Part shown: piece after piece, positions 1 to 11,069 of the stretch
How positions within the stretch are numbered: position 1 is the stretch's first letter
How the letters are laid out: every line of letters begins with the position of its first letter
Assembly (NCBI RefSeq): GCF_000143415.4
Contig: NW_003314270.1
Location: 2,287,048 to 2,351,047 of the forward strand
Source of the DNA: Selaginella moellendorffii
Taxonomy: Eukaryota; Plantae; Lycopodiophyta
DNA: 64,000 nt
Direction of reading: 5' to 3'
Position numbers and translations under genes: made by a program
Notes under the pieces: generated by a model
Seen by the model: the letters and a program-made list of their open reading frames with translations, nothing else
The model's database searches: none
What the model was told of the DNA's origin: nothing

Positions 1-1139
1 GCTCTTGAACACATCACCAAGCTACCCCGCTTGTCGGTCTGTGTTCACTCTAGTCTTGGACTTCCCAGTGGGCAGCTCATCACCCAACACTGGGTCTGGC
101 CTTCCTGGGCCAAACTGGCCTTTCCTGGCCAAACTGGCTCCACTGCAGTCCTCCCCCTACTATACTTTTGGGGCTCACCAAACCCCCCAGGGTCTGGGAG
201 ATGAACGCTTTGGGCTTTCACCCTCTCAGGCTCCGGACTCGGACTCGGACTCGGACTCGGACTCGGACTCGGACTCGGACTCGGACTCGGATTCGGACTC
301 GGACTCGGGCTCGGGCTCGGTCTCGGCCTCGGGCTCGGTCTCGGTCTCGGTCCCGGTCTCGGTCTCCGTCTCGGTCTCGGTCCCGGTCTCGGTCCCGGTC
401 TCGGTCTCGGTCTCGGTCTCGACTTCGGACTCCATCTCGGACTCCATCTCGGACTCCATCTCGGACTCCATCTCGGGTCCATCTCGGGTCCATCTCGGAC
501 TCCATCTCGGACTCCATCTCGGGTCCATCTCGGACTCCATCTCGGACTCCATTTCGGGTCCATCTCGGGTCCACCTTGGACTCCATCTCGGACTCCATCT
601 CGGACTCCATCTCGGGTCCATCTCGGACTCCACTTCGGACTCCAACTCGGGTCCATCTCGGGTCCACCTCGGACTCCATCTCGGACTCCATCTCGGACTC
701 CATCTCGGACTCCATCTCGGACTCCACTTCGGACTCCAACTCGGGTCCATCTCGGGTCCACCTCGGACTCCACTTCGGACTCCAACTCGGGTCCATCTCG
801 GACTCCACTTCGGACTCCCACTCGAGTCCATCTCGGACTCCACTTCGGACTCCAACTCGAGTCCATCTCGGACTCCACTTCGGACTCCAACTCGAGTCCA
901 TTTCGGACACTCCCACGTGTCATGTGTTGGTCCTTTTGGGTCCCTTTTTGGAGCCTCGCCTTTTGCTCGCTTCGTGCTCGTTCCTCGAGCACTTCGTTGG
1001 GAGTTCCACTCCCGCTCTTGACTTTTCAAGTCGGAGCTTTTGGTCCAAACGTGTTACGCTCGTTTGGCTCTCGCTTCGGCCACTACCATGTGGTGCCCTT
1101 CCGGCTCCACTTTGGGGCCTAGGGATTTTGTGTCTCACA
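1..1139. mobile_element. Terminal part of a different (probably LTR) element inserted in the 3' LTR of the gypsy element
   Basis: Ends ...TGTGTCTCACA at 1139 and is followed by only the last 14 bp (ACTTGGCCCTCACA) of the family-1 LTR. Shares GCTTTGGGCTTTCACCC with the LTR-like region near 9250. Confidence 0.55.
232..908. repeat. Graded tandem repeat array: (TCGGAC)n, then (TCGGTC)n, then 12-mer TCGGACTCCATC variants
   Basis: Directly visible. The lack of stop codons explains the long low-complexity ORFs here. Confidence 0.95.
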
Positions 1140-1254
1140 ACTTGGCCCTCACATCATCCCCCCTAATGGAAGACCATCAGGGTTCTCTTGTAGACGGGTC
1201 GGGATCTGGAGGAACATCAGGAGGAGGCATCGGCGGATTTGTAGATGGTATTAA

Positions 1255-4200
1255 CTACTCCTGATCCCTTTGTATGAAGCGTTTCAACCGTTGCACATGC
1301 ACAATCTCTGGAGGATCGGCCTGCTGGACGTCATGCCGAACCTTATAAACTTGTGGTCCAACTTGCCGCAACACCCAATACGGTCCTTTCCACTGTGCAA
1401 GGAGCCCCTTAGACAAACCACGTACCGTAAGATGGGGAAAACGGACTAATACCAAATCATCCACTTTGTACTCCGCAGGTGGACGATGATGGGAGTTGTA
1501 GCACCGTTGTTGTCCCACTTGTACGCGGCCTAAGTGTTCGGCAGACTCCGCTCGGACAAGTGGAAGAATGCTTGTCAAATATTGATCCCATGACCTAGCA
1601 TCTGCAACTCGTGGCAATTGCGAAGGTAAACCCAGCTCCATTGGTAATATTGGATCATGACCATATAGGAGTTTATATGGTGAAGCACCAATAGAACTCT
1701 GCACCCCAGTGACATATGCATACCGAAGAGACGACAAATAACCATCCCAATCCGAATGCTGAAAGTTCACATACTTCGCAATCATCCCCTTGAACGTCTG
1801 AACGAGTTGTTCCACCAGACCGTTTGATTGTGGATGATAAGCACTCGTGAAAGTGTGGCGAATCCCCAACCGAGACATCAAAACATGAAACGCCTCAGCC
1901 ATAAAAGCGGGACCATTATCCGAAAGAATCCGCTCTGGACAAGAATGCTGGAACACCACTCGATTGAGGAGGAAGTATCCAACAGCAGTTGCAGAGGCAC
2001 TAGGAAGAGCACCAACTTCCACCCAACGAGTCAAATAGTCATAAGCAATAATAACATACTCATTGCCAGCAATTGACCGTGGAAAAGGTCCCATAAGATC
2101 AAATGCCACTAATTCAAACGGACGGGAAACTGCAATTGACTCCAACCGTCCTTCTGCAGTCCAAGGGGGAGTATTACGAGCTTGGCACCAAACGCAGCTA
2201 CGCACATACCGGATAATATCACGTCGCATCTCCGGCCAATAGAAAGATCTGCGTAGCTTCTCGATTACACGATGATGTCCCATATGCCCACCTAGAACAG
2301 GAGAATCATGGTAGGCATGGAAAAACCACGGAATAAAGATAGAAGGCACCACCAGCCGTAAATGATTATCAGGATCTGTCCCCACAAAATAAAGAAGGCC
2401 ACCTTCAAGACGATATTGAGAATGTAAATGCCGGAAAGGCAAGTCATCAGCAAGTGATGCAGGATTCTCAAACCCATCTTGAAGCCTTCGAATCCATGGC
2501 TCAATCTTTTGAGCCTCGCGAACCTCATCAAGCGAAGGTAGATCTTGCTTTGCACTTTGTGGACACTGAACGTCAAGTATAGCAACCGCAGACAGCACAG
2601 AATCCTCGTCTAGAAAATCCACAGATGCTGGAACGACAGGCTTGTCAGAAACATGAGAAGAGAATGAAGAAGGAAGAGGAGCTCGAGAAAGGGCATCAGC
2701 ATCAGCCATAGAACTCCCTGGCCGGTGAACAACATCAAAGTCATATATCTGAAGCTTCAAAGCCCACCGAGCAGTATGACCAACCAAGTTCTTTCGCTTT
2801 AATAACGAAGTAACAGCAGCATGGTCACCTTCAAGTAACGTCCGAGAACCATGTAGATATGCATGAAGTTTCTCGAAACCCCAAACTGCTGCTAAACACT
2901 CCTTCTCTATCGTGGAGTAGTTCATCTCCGCTGGTTGTAATGTACGGCTTATATATGCAATGGGATGGCGCTGACCAAGCACACTCGAGCTCTCTTGCAT
3001 TAACACACCTCCAAGACTAATGTCAGAAGCATCCACGCGCAAAATAAAAGGTCGAGTGTAGTCAGGATATGCCAAAATTGGAGGAGTTGTTAATAACTTT
3101 TTGAGATCCCCAAATGCCCGCTCACAATCCGGAGACCAGATGAAAGATGATGTTGATGACTTCAGCAACGCTCGCAATGGCGCAGTGCGATCAGAAAGAT
3201 GATCCACAAAACGCCCGAGATACTGCACCTTGCCCAAGAAGCGCTGCACATCATTCACACACTTCGGAGTAGGGAACTTTAGAATAGCCACAAGTTTGTC
3301 AGGATCAACTTGCAAACCATCACGAGAAATACGGTACCCAAGATAAGTTGTGTCCTTGGATCCAAACACGCACTTCGACTGCTTCAGCTTTAAACCAACA
3401 TCGCGTAGCCGATCCAACACTTTACAAATATCACAAACGTGCTCCTCCCACATCCCCTCCAAGTGGATCAAGACATCATCAATGAAGTCAGTAGTCACCT
3501 CCAGCATATCGCAAAGAACCTCATCCATCATTTGTTGAAAAGTTGCTGGAGCATTGTTCAAACCAAATGGCATCACCAAGAACTCATACAAACCAAATGG
3601 TGTACAAAAAGCAGTCTTAGGAATATCTTTTTCGGCCATTGGTACTTGCCAGTACCCAAAAGCAAGATCTAGCTTGGTGAACCAACGACTTCGCCCCAGA
3701 CGATCCAAGAGATCAGCAGTGTGAGGAAGAGGGTACACATCCGGGATCGTTACGTCGTTTAACGGACGATAGTCGATGCAGAAACGAATACTCCCATCAG
3801 GCTTCGTTACAAGATGAGGTTCACATGCCCAAGGACTTCGCGACTTCCGAATAACACCCTTCTCCAACATCTCCTGGACATTTGCACGTAAAATCTTGAT
3901 CTCCTTTGGTGACCGACGATGAACAGGAACCTTGATTGGACGAGCATCCCCAGTTGGAATCGGATGACGTGTAGCAATCTTGGCTCCAAACGATAGGTCA
4001 AAGTCAAAGAGATCAGAATACTCCTTCATGAGATGGTCAACTACTGCAACACAAAGATCGTCGGAGGGATCGGAAAAGGGAAGAGCAGAACAAGATGGAA
4101 ACACAGGAGGAAATAGTGGGGGAACAAAAGTAATGGAAGCAGAGGTAGAAGTAGAGGGATGAAGAGGTACGGATGTGAAAGGAATGGAGGAAACATAAGG

Positions 4201-4551
4201 AAGTATGAGACAAGAGGGAGAAGCCTCAAAGTCACACTTGGCATGATTGCGCTGCAACCAATCCATACCAAGAATGAGGTCAAAAGCTTGACTCGGCACC
4301 ACCCGCAACGACTGCAACTCAAGCTCAAGATCGCCCACACGCACAACCAGGTCTGCCTCATCCCATGCACATGCATGTGTACGGCCATTGCTATAAAGAA
4401 TGAAAACTGGTTCCGCCACACGACGCAAGTGTAGACGACAACGTGTGGCAACAGGTCGAGCAATAGAAGATAAACTCGAACCTGTATCAACCAACACAGA
4501 GAGAATAATAGGAGACCTTTTGTTATAAAGATGAGCTTGGAAAGTAAACAC
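1255..4551 (-). CDS. pol: Gypsy Pol polyprotein (aspartic protease, RT, RNase H, integrase)
   Basis: LVDTGS protease; FCIDYRPLN, MPFGLNNAPATFQ and FIDD RT motifs; DAS...NYSTIEKE RNase H; HHCC zinc finger, SDNG and YHPQSNG integrase. An in-frame TAA at 4585 lies upstream in the pol frame. Confidence 0.95.
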   Translation of the reverse strand: MFTFQAHLYNKRSPIILSVLVDTGSSLSSIARPVATRCRLHLRRVAEPVFILYSNGRTHACAWDEADLVVRVGDLELELQSLRVVPSQAFDLILGMDWLQRNHAKCDFEASPSCLILPYVSSIPFTSVPLHPSTSTSASITFVPPLFPPVFPSCSALPFSDPSDDLCVAVVDHLMKEYSDLFDFDLSFGAKIATRHPIPTGDARPIKVPVHRRSPKEIKILRANVQEMLEKGVIRKSRSPWACEPHLVTKPDGSIRFCIDYRPLNDVTIPDVYPLPHTADLLDRLGRSRWFTKLDLAFGYWQVPMAEKDIPKTAFCTPFGLYEFLVMPFGLNNAPATFQQMMDEVLCDMLEVTTDFIDDVLIHLEGMWEEHVCDICKVLDRLRDVGLKLKQSKCVFGSKDTTYLGYRISRDGLQVDPDKLVAILKFPTPKCVNDVQRFLGKVQYLGRFVDHLSDRTAPLRALLKSSTSSFIWSPDCERAFGDLKKLLTTPPILAYPDYTRPFILRVDASDISLGGVLMQESSSVLGQRHPIAYISRTLQPAEMNYSTIEKECLAAVWGFEKLHAYLHGSRTLLEGDHAAVTSLLKRKNLVGHTARWALKLQIYDFDVVHRPGSSMADADALSRAPLPSSFSSHVSDKPVVPASVDFLDEDSVLSAVAILDVQCPQSAKQDLPSLDEVREAQKIEPWIRRLQDGFENPASLADDLPFRHLHSQYRLEGGLLYFVGTDPDNHLRLVVPSIFIPWFFHAYHDSPVLGGHMGHHRVIEKLRRSFYWPEMRRDIIRYVRSCVWCQARNTPPWTAEGRLESIAVSRPFELVAFDLMGPFPRSIAGNEYVIIAYDYLTRWVEVGALPSASATAVGYFLLNRVVFQHSCPERILSDNGPAFMAEAFHVLMSRLGIRHTFTSAYHPQSNGLVEQLVQTFKGMIAKYVNFQHSDWDGYLSSLRYAYVTGVQSSIGASPYKLLYGHDPILPMELGLPSQLPRVADARSWDQYLTSILPLVRAESAEHLGRVQVGQQRCYNSHHRPPAEYKVDDLVLVRFPHLTVRGLSKGLLAQWKGPYWVLRQVGPQVYKVRHDVQQADPPEIVHVQRLKRFIQRDQE

Positions 4552-4601
4552 TGGATGAACTGGTGCCGAATGAACCCCTTGATGTTACTCCCGAAAGAAA
4601 G

Positions 4602-4665
4602 ATGGAGGGGTCACTGACTTATTCGCGCAAGGTCCCTCCATTACTCGCACGACTCCTCGTTTCCC
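4602..4665 (-). promoter_or_regulatory. -1 programmed ribosomal frameshift signal (G GGA AAC plus H-type pseudoknot)
   Basis: Heptamer is in phase with gag at 4659-4665 and a -1 shift enters the pol frame. 6-nt spacer, stem 1 UCGUGCGAG/CUUGCGCGA, stem 2 AUGGAGGG/CCCUCCAU. Confidence 0.8.
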
Positions 4666-5531
4666 GGATTCATCTCGGTGTCCAAACCTTCCACTGTAGC
4701 AGCACCAACGGGACGTTGTTGACGCCAAGGTCTCCACCCAGGAAATGGAGGTTGCCAATCCAGAAAGCGCCGACAACACCGATAAGTATGACCAACTTCA
4801 TCACACGCCCAGCAACGAACATCACGGCCACGACCACGTCCTCGTCCTTGTCCTTGGACTCGAGTAGCAGCAGCATCAACCTCCATGGGAACAGGACCAT
4901 CACTCATAGAAAGTGGAGTGGAAGGACGTGCAGCGAGAAGTGGAAGAGGCAACGTCTCATAACGTTGTGCCAAGTGAAGAGCATCGTCAAGGGTGGTAGG
5001 AGCAAGTGCATGCACAAGGCCGACAAGATCTTGACGAAGTGCTGGCCACAACATTCCTAGCTTGATCCGCTCCGACATATTGGGCTCCGCACGAAGCAAA
5101 AGACTTCGGAAACGAACGCCAAATTGCATCACCGACTCAGATGGCCCTTGGCGAAGACGATGCAATTGTTAGAAGGCATCGTCACAATCGTCGGCATGTC
5201 CAAAGGTGCGTTTGAAGACGTCGGGAAGAACACTCCAATCCTCACGAGTGGCCGCACTCAATCCATTGTACCACTGCAACGCCATCCCTTGGAGACATGT
5301 GGGAACCTTACGTAAACGTTGAGCATCATCCCAAGAATGATATGTGGCAATCACCGTGAAGTGATCGAACCAATGGTACACATCATCCCCGGGATTCCCA
5401 TGAAAGAACTCCAGCCGAACGCGAGGATTGGCACCAAGAGCAGGAGGAGTTGGACCACGTGCAGTGAATGCCGCCATCAATTGAGTTTGGTTGTTCAATT
5501 GCAAGCGCATAGCATCAAGCAATTGGACCAA
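4641..5531 (-). pseudogene. gag: Gypsy Gag with one in-frame stop (5169)
   Basis: ORFs 5169-5531 and 4641-5165 share a frame. Retrotransposon gag motifs (LQGMALQWY, LRQGPSESV) and CCHC knuckle CWACDEVGHTYRCC. Confidence 0.85.
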
Positions 5532-5787
5532 CTACTGCTCGAGAGTCAAAGGAGGAGATTGCTGATCTGTCATGGAGACGAATGAAGAAGAAAGAGCAAA
5601 AGAAAAGAAATGACAAAAAGCTAGAAGGAAATGGTAGATCTAGACAATGCAAAAAGCTAGATCTAAACCAAAATCCTGAAAGGAAAGAACAAAAAGAAGG
5701 AAATGAAAAAAGTTAGATCTAGACAATGCAAAAGCTAGATCTAAACCAAAATCCCAAATCCAAGCACTCCTCAGGGACAATCAAAGG

Positions 5788-5805
5788 TGCCCCTCACCTC
5801 CACCA
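5788..5805 (-). promoter_or_regulatory. Primer binding site, tRNA-Ala-like
   Basis: TGGTGGAGGTGAGGGGCA starts 1 nt after the 5' LTR and is complementary to a ...CTCCACCA tRNA-Ala-type 3' end. Confidence 0.7.
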
Positions 5806-5806
5806 A

Positions 5807-5981
5807 TGTGAGTGCTTGGAATATGGAAAGGGAATACAGAAATGTGCATATTAATTAGACCAAAAACCCTAGCTTATATACAGAAGCGAGTGGTCTGGAT
5901 TGAAACTAATCCGACGGCTACCAAAATCCCACTACGCTAATATTAGTATACAGCATCGTAGCCGTACACTTGGCCCTCACA
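5807..5981 (-). repeat. 5' LTR of family-1 gypsy (175 bp)
   Basis: TG...CA ends with TGTGAG/CTCACA inverted termini. Homologs at 6128, 12219 and 43415. Confidence 0.93.
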
Positions 5982-6127
5982 ATGGAAAATTTGGTCATTT
6001 TATATATATTTTATTATTTGACATATAATTATCACTATATATATATATATATATAGTCTCATAATATAAATCTTTATATATTTATATATGTTTTATTATT
6101 GCTATTTTGTCATAAAAAAATTCTATT

Positions 6128-7015
6128 TGTGAGTGCATGGAATATGGAAAGTGAATACAGAAAATATACATATCAATTAGCCAAAACCCCATCTTATATA
6201 CAAAAGCAAATGGGTCCGGATTGAAACCAATCCAACAGCTACCAAAATCTCACTATGCTAATATTAATATACGGCATCGTAGCCATACACTTGGCCCTCA
6301 CATCATCCCTTCCTCTTGGAATAATGGAAGATTATTAGGGTTCCCTTATAGATGGGCTAGGATCAAGAGGAACATCAGGAGGAGGCATCACCAGATTTGT
6401 AGGTGGTATTAACTGCTTCTGATCCCTTGGTATGAAGCATTTCAACTGTTGCATATGCACAATCTCTAGAGGATTAGCTTGCTGGACATCATGCCAAACC
6501 TCATAAACTTGTAGTCCAATTTGTCGCAACACCTGATACAATCCTTTCCACTGAGTAAGGAGCCCCTTAGATAAACCATATATCGTAAGATGGGGAAAAT
6601 GGACTAACACCAAATCATCCACTTTGTACTCTGCAAGTGGACAATGATGGGAGTTGTAGCGCTGTTGTTGTTCCACTTGTATATGGCCTAAGTATTCGGT
6701 AGACTTTGCTCGGACAAGTGGAAGAATGCTCGTCAAATACAAATCCCACGACCTAGCATCAACAACTCGTAGCAATTGCAAAAGTAAACCCAACTCGTTG
6801 GTAATATTGGTGACCATATAGAAGTTTATATAGTAAAGCACCAATAGAACTCTACACCCCTATGACATATGCATACCGAAGAGATAGTAAATAACCATCC
6901 TAATCTGAATGCTAAAAGTTTACATACTTTGCGATCATCCTTTTGAACGTTTGAACAAACTGTTCCACTAGACCATCTAATTGTGAATGATAAGCACTCA
7001 TGAAAGTGTGGTAGA
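6128..7015 (-). mobile_element. Decayed family-1 gypsy copy: 3' LTR (6128-6302), PPT and integrase C-terminus
   Basis: Colinear with 1140-1860, with stops and frameshifts. Confidence 0.9.
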
Positions 7016-7019
7016 GTTG

Positions 7020-8315
7020 ATACTCAGTATCGCCAGAGTTGATACTCAGTATTAGTAGCAGTGCGAGTATCAATATCGCCTTGAACTCCGTGTCATGACA
7101 AGTTGCAAATCTGTGGCTACACCAATCATCACCGACATCAAGTTCACAAGCAAAATGGATGATTTATTTGATCAGCCCTCGGTCTACCGATTGCTTGTTG
7201 AAGGACTACTCTACCTCGCCAACATGACTCGCCCCGACATCTCCTTTGCCATTGGTTTCCTCAACCAATACATGTAGTCTCCGAGTTGTTATCATTGGCA
7301 GATGGTGAAGAGAGTTTTGAGGTATTTGAAAAGAATGGTTGCTCATGGATTGGTTTACAAATGCTCAGGTCAGTCCAAACTTGTTCTTCAAGCTTACTAC
7401 AACAGATTGGGCTGGCAACTTGGATACATGACATTCAACCTCCGGAATTTGCTGCATAATTGCCGGTGCTCCAGTTTCATAGGGAAGCAAGAAGCAAACG
7501 ACAGTTGCTCTTTCGAATGCAGAAGCAGAGTATGTAGCTGCCAGTATAGCAGCAAAGGAGATCATCTAGCTTCATCAATTACTTGGAGAACTCAATCAAC
7601 AGCAATCAGATGCAACCATTCTGCATTGCGACAGCAGAAGTGCAATCACCATGTCAAAGAATCCTGTGTTTCTTGCTTGTATGAAACATATAGACATGCA
7701 GCATCACTTCATTCGTGAACATGTAGCAGCCAGAGATCTTCACCTAGAATATGTTCCTTCACAATATCAATTGGCAGACCTTCTAACCAAGCCACTTTCA
7801 GACCTCAAATTCATCAAGTTGAGAAATCAACTTGGAGTGTCAAGCACCCTTAGTTTGAAGGGGGAGTGTAGGAATAATGATGAACACAACAATGTAAGCT
7901 CCTGAGTAGCACCCTCAGCTTGAAGGGGGAGTGTAGGAATAATGATGAACACGACAATGTAAGCTCCTGAGTTTAGACTTCAGGGGAGGTCACCTAGCCC
8001 AATACTATTCAAACTTAAGGACGCTTAACCCCAAATATCCTAAGACCTTTAACCAATTGGAAAAAAGAGTGCACTCTTGTTCATGGGCCCCTTCCCTCTA
8101 TATTTGAACCCAATGGATCGTCTCTCGAGTCATTCTATTTGGTTGCTTATAGACAAGCAAGACGATTCATATCAAAAGCAGTCCAAATCATGATAAGATC
8201 TCTGATGATTTCTGATTTGATTGAAGTTGTATATATATATAGCCATACATGAATCAATGTGTGTGTTGAAGTGAAATCTGTTCTTCTTTCTTCACTTTTC
8301 TTTTAGTGAAAAACA
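7020..8315 (+). mobile_element. Ty1/copia remnant (RT C-terminus, RNase H, PPT, 3' LTR)
   Basis: TRPDISFA, KQ.TVALS.AEAEY, KHID...HFIRE and Q.AD.LTK motifs. PPT TTGAAGGGGGAG followed by TGTAGG. The PPT/LTR start is tandemly duplicated (~7845-7970). Confidence 0.88.
7958..8151. mobile_element. Solo LTR (family 3) with 5-bp TSD GACAA, inside the copia LTR
   Basis: GACAA|TGTAAG...GCTTATA|GACAA; homologous to 10876-11069. Confidence 0.85.
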
Positions 8316-8910
8316 TGAGAAGAGAGTGGAGAAGGAAGAGGAGCTCGAGAAAGGGCATCAGCATTAACTTTAGAACTCTCGGGGTGATGAACAATATCAA
8401 AATCATATATTTGAAGCTTCAAAGCCCACCAAGTAGTACAACCAACCAGGTTCTTTTTCTTCAATTATAAAGTAATAGTAGCATAATCACTTTCAAGTAA
8501 TATTTGGGAACAATGTAGATATGTATGAAGTTTCTCAAAACCCCAGACTGCTACTAAACACTCATTCTCTATCGTGGAGTAGTTTACCTTTACTGGTTGT
8601 AATGTACAACTTATATACGTAATGGGATGGCACTAACCAAGCACACTTGGGCTCTTTTGCATCAGCACACCCTAAGACCAATATCAGAAGCATCCATGTG
8701 CAAAATAAAAAGTCAAGTGTAGTCAAGATATGCCAAAACCAGAAGAGTTGTCAAGAGCTCTTTGAGATCCACGAACACCTACTCACAATCTAGAGACCAA
8801 ATGAAAGATGATGTTGATGACTTCAATAACATTCAAAATGGTGCAGTGTGATCAGAAAGATGATCCACAAAACAATTGAGATATTACACCTTGCCCAAGA
8901 AGCACTGCTA
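8310..8910 (-). mobile_element. Decayed family-1 RT-connection/RNase H fragment
   Basis: Colinear with ~2650-3250. Confidence 0.85.
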
Positions 8911-8944
8911 TAGTGCACCTAAATTTAGAGATAAACTCCAAGCG

Positions 8945-10340
8945 TGTTGCACTACGAAATGAGGGTCCAGTACAATTCCACGAGCACCAGCTCCCCATAT
9001 CTGGCATCTGCACTCAAAATGGTGTCAAACAGTGTCTAGAACAATTTTGGCATACCAATGGCCTAACGCAAAGAGGAGGGTACCCCACCAACTAGAGTAG
9101 TGTGGAGCTTGGGCTTAGACCTAAGCCGGATGCAAAACAAGGAACAATACAGCCTAGTGGGAACCAAATTAATATCTCAGATGGTCGAACATGCATTCCA
9201 ACCACTATCCATACTATACATTTAGACCCCCCTTCCTTGAGGAACACATGCTTTGGGCTTTCACCCCAAGCCTCCCTTAGTACCAGGAGTTAGTCTCTAG
9301 GACAAACTCGAAACTTACTAAATATAAAATGTCCCTAGATTGCGAATTTGGACATGGGACGAACACCATCGTGTTCAAGCCAATCTCTACATTCCATAAA
9401 TATGCTAAATAAGTGAATCTAGACACTTTCCATAAATAGCATTTAGGACCAAAATGAGACTAATACAAAGGGCATGATAGCGAAGGTGTTTGGCAGACAC
9501 GATAAGGTATCATCCAGAGATATTAAGGGACTAGTCTCAATATGCGAGGGTTCTTGTTAATAACCAGTGCAAGACATAATGAGACGGGAACTCTTTACTG
9601 AGCTAAGTATGCTTAACTAATAGCACGTAGGAATTCTATCCTTATACTTGTTAGGTCTAAGTACACTCGAAATGCCTAATTAACTCCACTAGCACAAGAG
9701 GGGATACCAAAGGGATCCAATTGTACCGACCTCCTACCATTATGGTAGTAAGGAAAGAGTGTCTGTAATGACTAGCCAACAAGTATCTTTTGATACCCAA
9801 AGTCACATTCATGACACTCTCCCCCCCTTGGGGAAGATTGACATCCTCGTTGAATGAACAAGAGAAACAAAACTTTTAATTTATAAAAATATAATACTTT
9901 ATTAATTTGCAAGATTTATTACAATATTTACAAGTTTTAAGCTAGGCTTTATTGTGATTCTCATACTCCGTGACAAGCTCACGAGCATGTGTAAGATTCT
10001 TAAGAGGTTCTCAAGTTGATTTATGAGATGGGTAACTTTTCCACTTAACTAGATATTCCTTCGCACGAGCCCGTCTCTAAAACCAAAAATTCAAAATAGC
10101 TTCAACTTTGTATTCTGGTCCACTGTCCATAACATCCATAGTGTAAGGAGCCAAGAGATTGGCATGAAATACATTATAAACATTGGACATCTCCACAAGA
10201 AGATCCAACCGATAGAATACATCACCAATTCATTTCAACACCCGATAGGGTTTAACATATCTCAATAACAACTTCCGAGACAAAGATCCCTTAATGTTCA
10301 AGTTTTGGGAAGATAGCCACACATGATCTCCCATTTGATA
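8945..10340 (-). mobile_element. Chromovirus remnant: integrase GPY/F region, chromodomain, PPT and long LTR
   Basis: Minus strand reads YQMGDHVWL...KPYRVL...YNVFHANLL and EYLVKWKSYPSHKST*EPLKNL. PPT at 9817-9829 abuts ...TGACA at 9816. The left LTR boundary is approximate. Confidence 0.8.
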
Positions 10341-10342
10341 AG

Positions 10343-11069
10343 TGTAAGCTTCTGAATTTAGACTTCCCGGGTGTAAGTTCCTTAATTTAGACTTCCCGGG
10401 AAGTCACGAGGGCATAAACGTGCATAAGGGTTCAAATTAAAAGGGAAAGGGCCCATGAATAAAAGTGCACCTTTTTTTTAATCTGCCCTCGTGAAAAAGT
10501 TGAGAGTTGAAACTCTCTCGAGAGCCTTGCTCTCTTGACACCCTACCTCTTGGGTCGATCCTAGCTAAAGCAAACTGGATCTACCAAATATCAATTAATA
10601 TGTTGTGCGATTCCCTTAAGCTAAAGCAAACTGGACCTGCTAAATGTCAATTAAAAGTTAAGAGTTGCAGCTCTCTCGAGAGCCCTACTCTCTTGACACC
10701 CTACCTCTTGGGTCGATCCCAGCTAAAGCAAACTGGATCTACCAAATATCAATTAACATGTTGTGCGATTCCCCTAAGCTAAAGCAAACTGGACCTGCTA
10801 AATGTCAATTAACATGTGGTGTGATTCTCCTAAGCCAACCAACAAAGTCGGACCCGAGACCCCTCTAATACCAAATGTAAGCTCTTGAATTTAAACTTCT
10901 CGGGAGGTCACCCAACCCAATACTATTCAAACCCAAGGACACTTAATCCCAAGTATCCCAAACCCCTTAACTGATTGGAAAAGGGGGTGCACTCTTATTC
11001 ATGGGCCCTTTCCTTCTATATTTGAACCCTATGGATCATCTCTCAAGTCGTTCCCTTTAGTTGTTTACA
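10343..11069 (-). mobile_element. Family-3 short-LTR non-coding element (TRIM-like): LTR 10876-11069, Met-type PBS, internal ~158-bp tandem repeat
   Basis: TGTAAG...TTTACA LTR; minus-strand TGGTATTAGAG adjacent; repeats at ~10502-10653 and ~10660-10811; LTR-start fragments at 10343 and 10372. Confidence 0.6.

Larger units (their letters stand above)
1140..5981 (-). mobile_element. Ty3/gypsy LTR retrotransposon (family 1, no chromodomain), nearly intact
   Basis: 5' LTR 5807-5981 (TGTGAG...CTCACA), PBS, gag, PR-RT-RH-INT pol, polypurine tract ~1154-1164, and a truncated 3' LTR at 1140-1153. Confidence 0.95.

Noticed and set aside
232-908. CRISPR-like array
   Set aside because: No unique spacers, no cas genes, eukaryotic context.
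5-1166. Long SD/RT/SP-repeat ORFs resembling adhesins or SR proteins
   Set aside because: By-product of a stop-free hexamer array; five overlapping frames are open.
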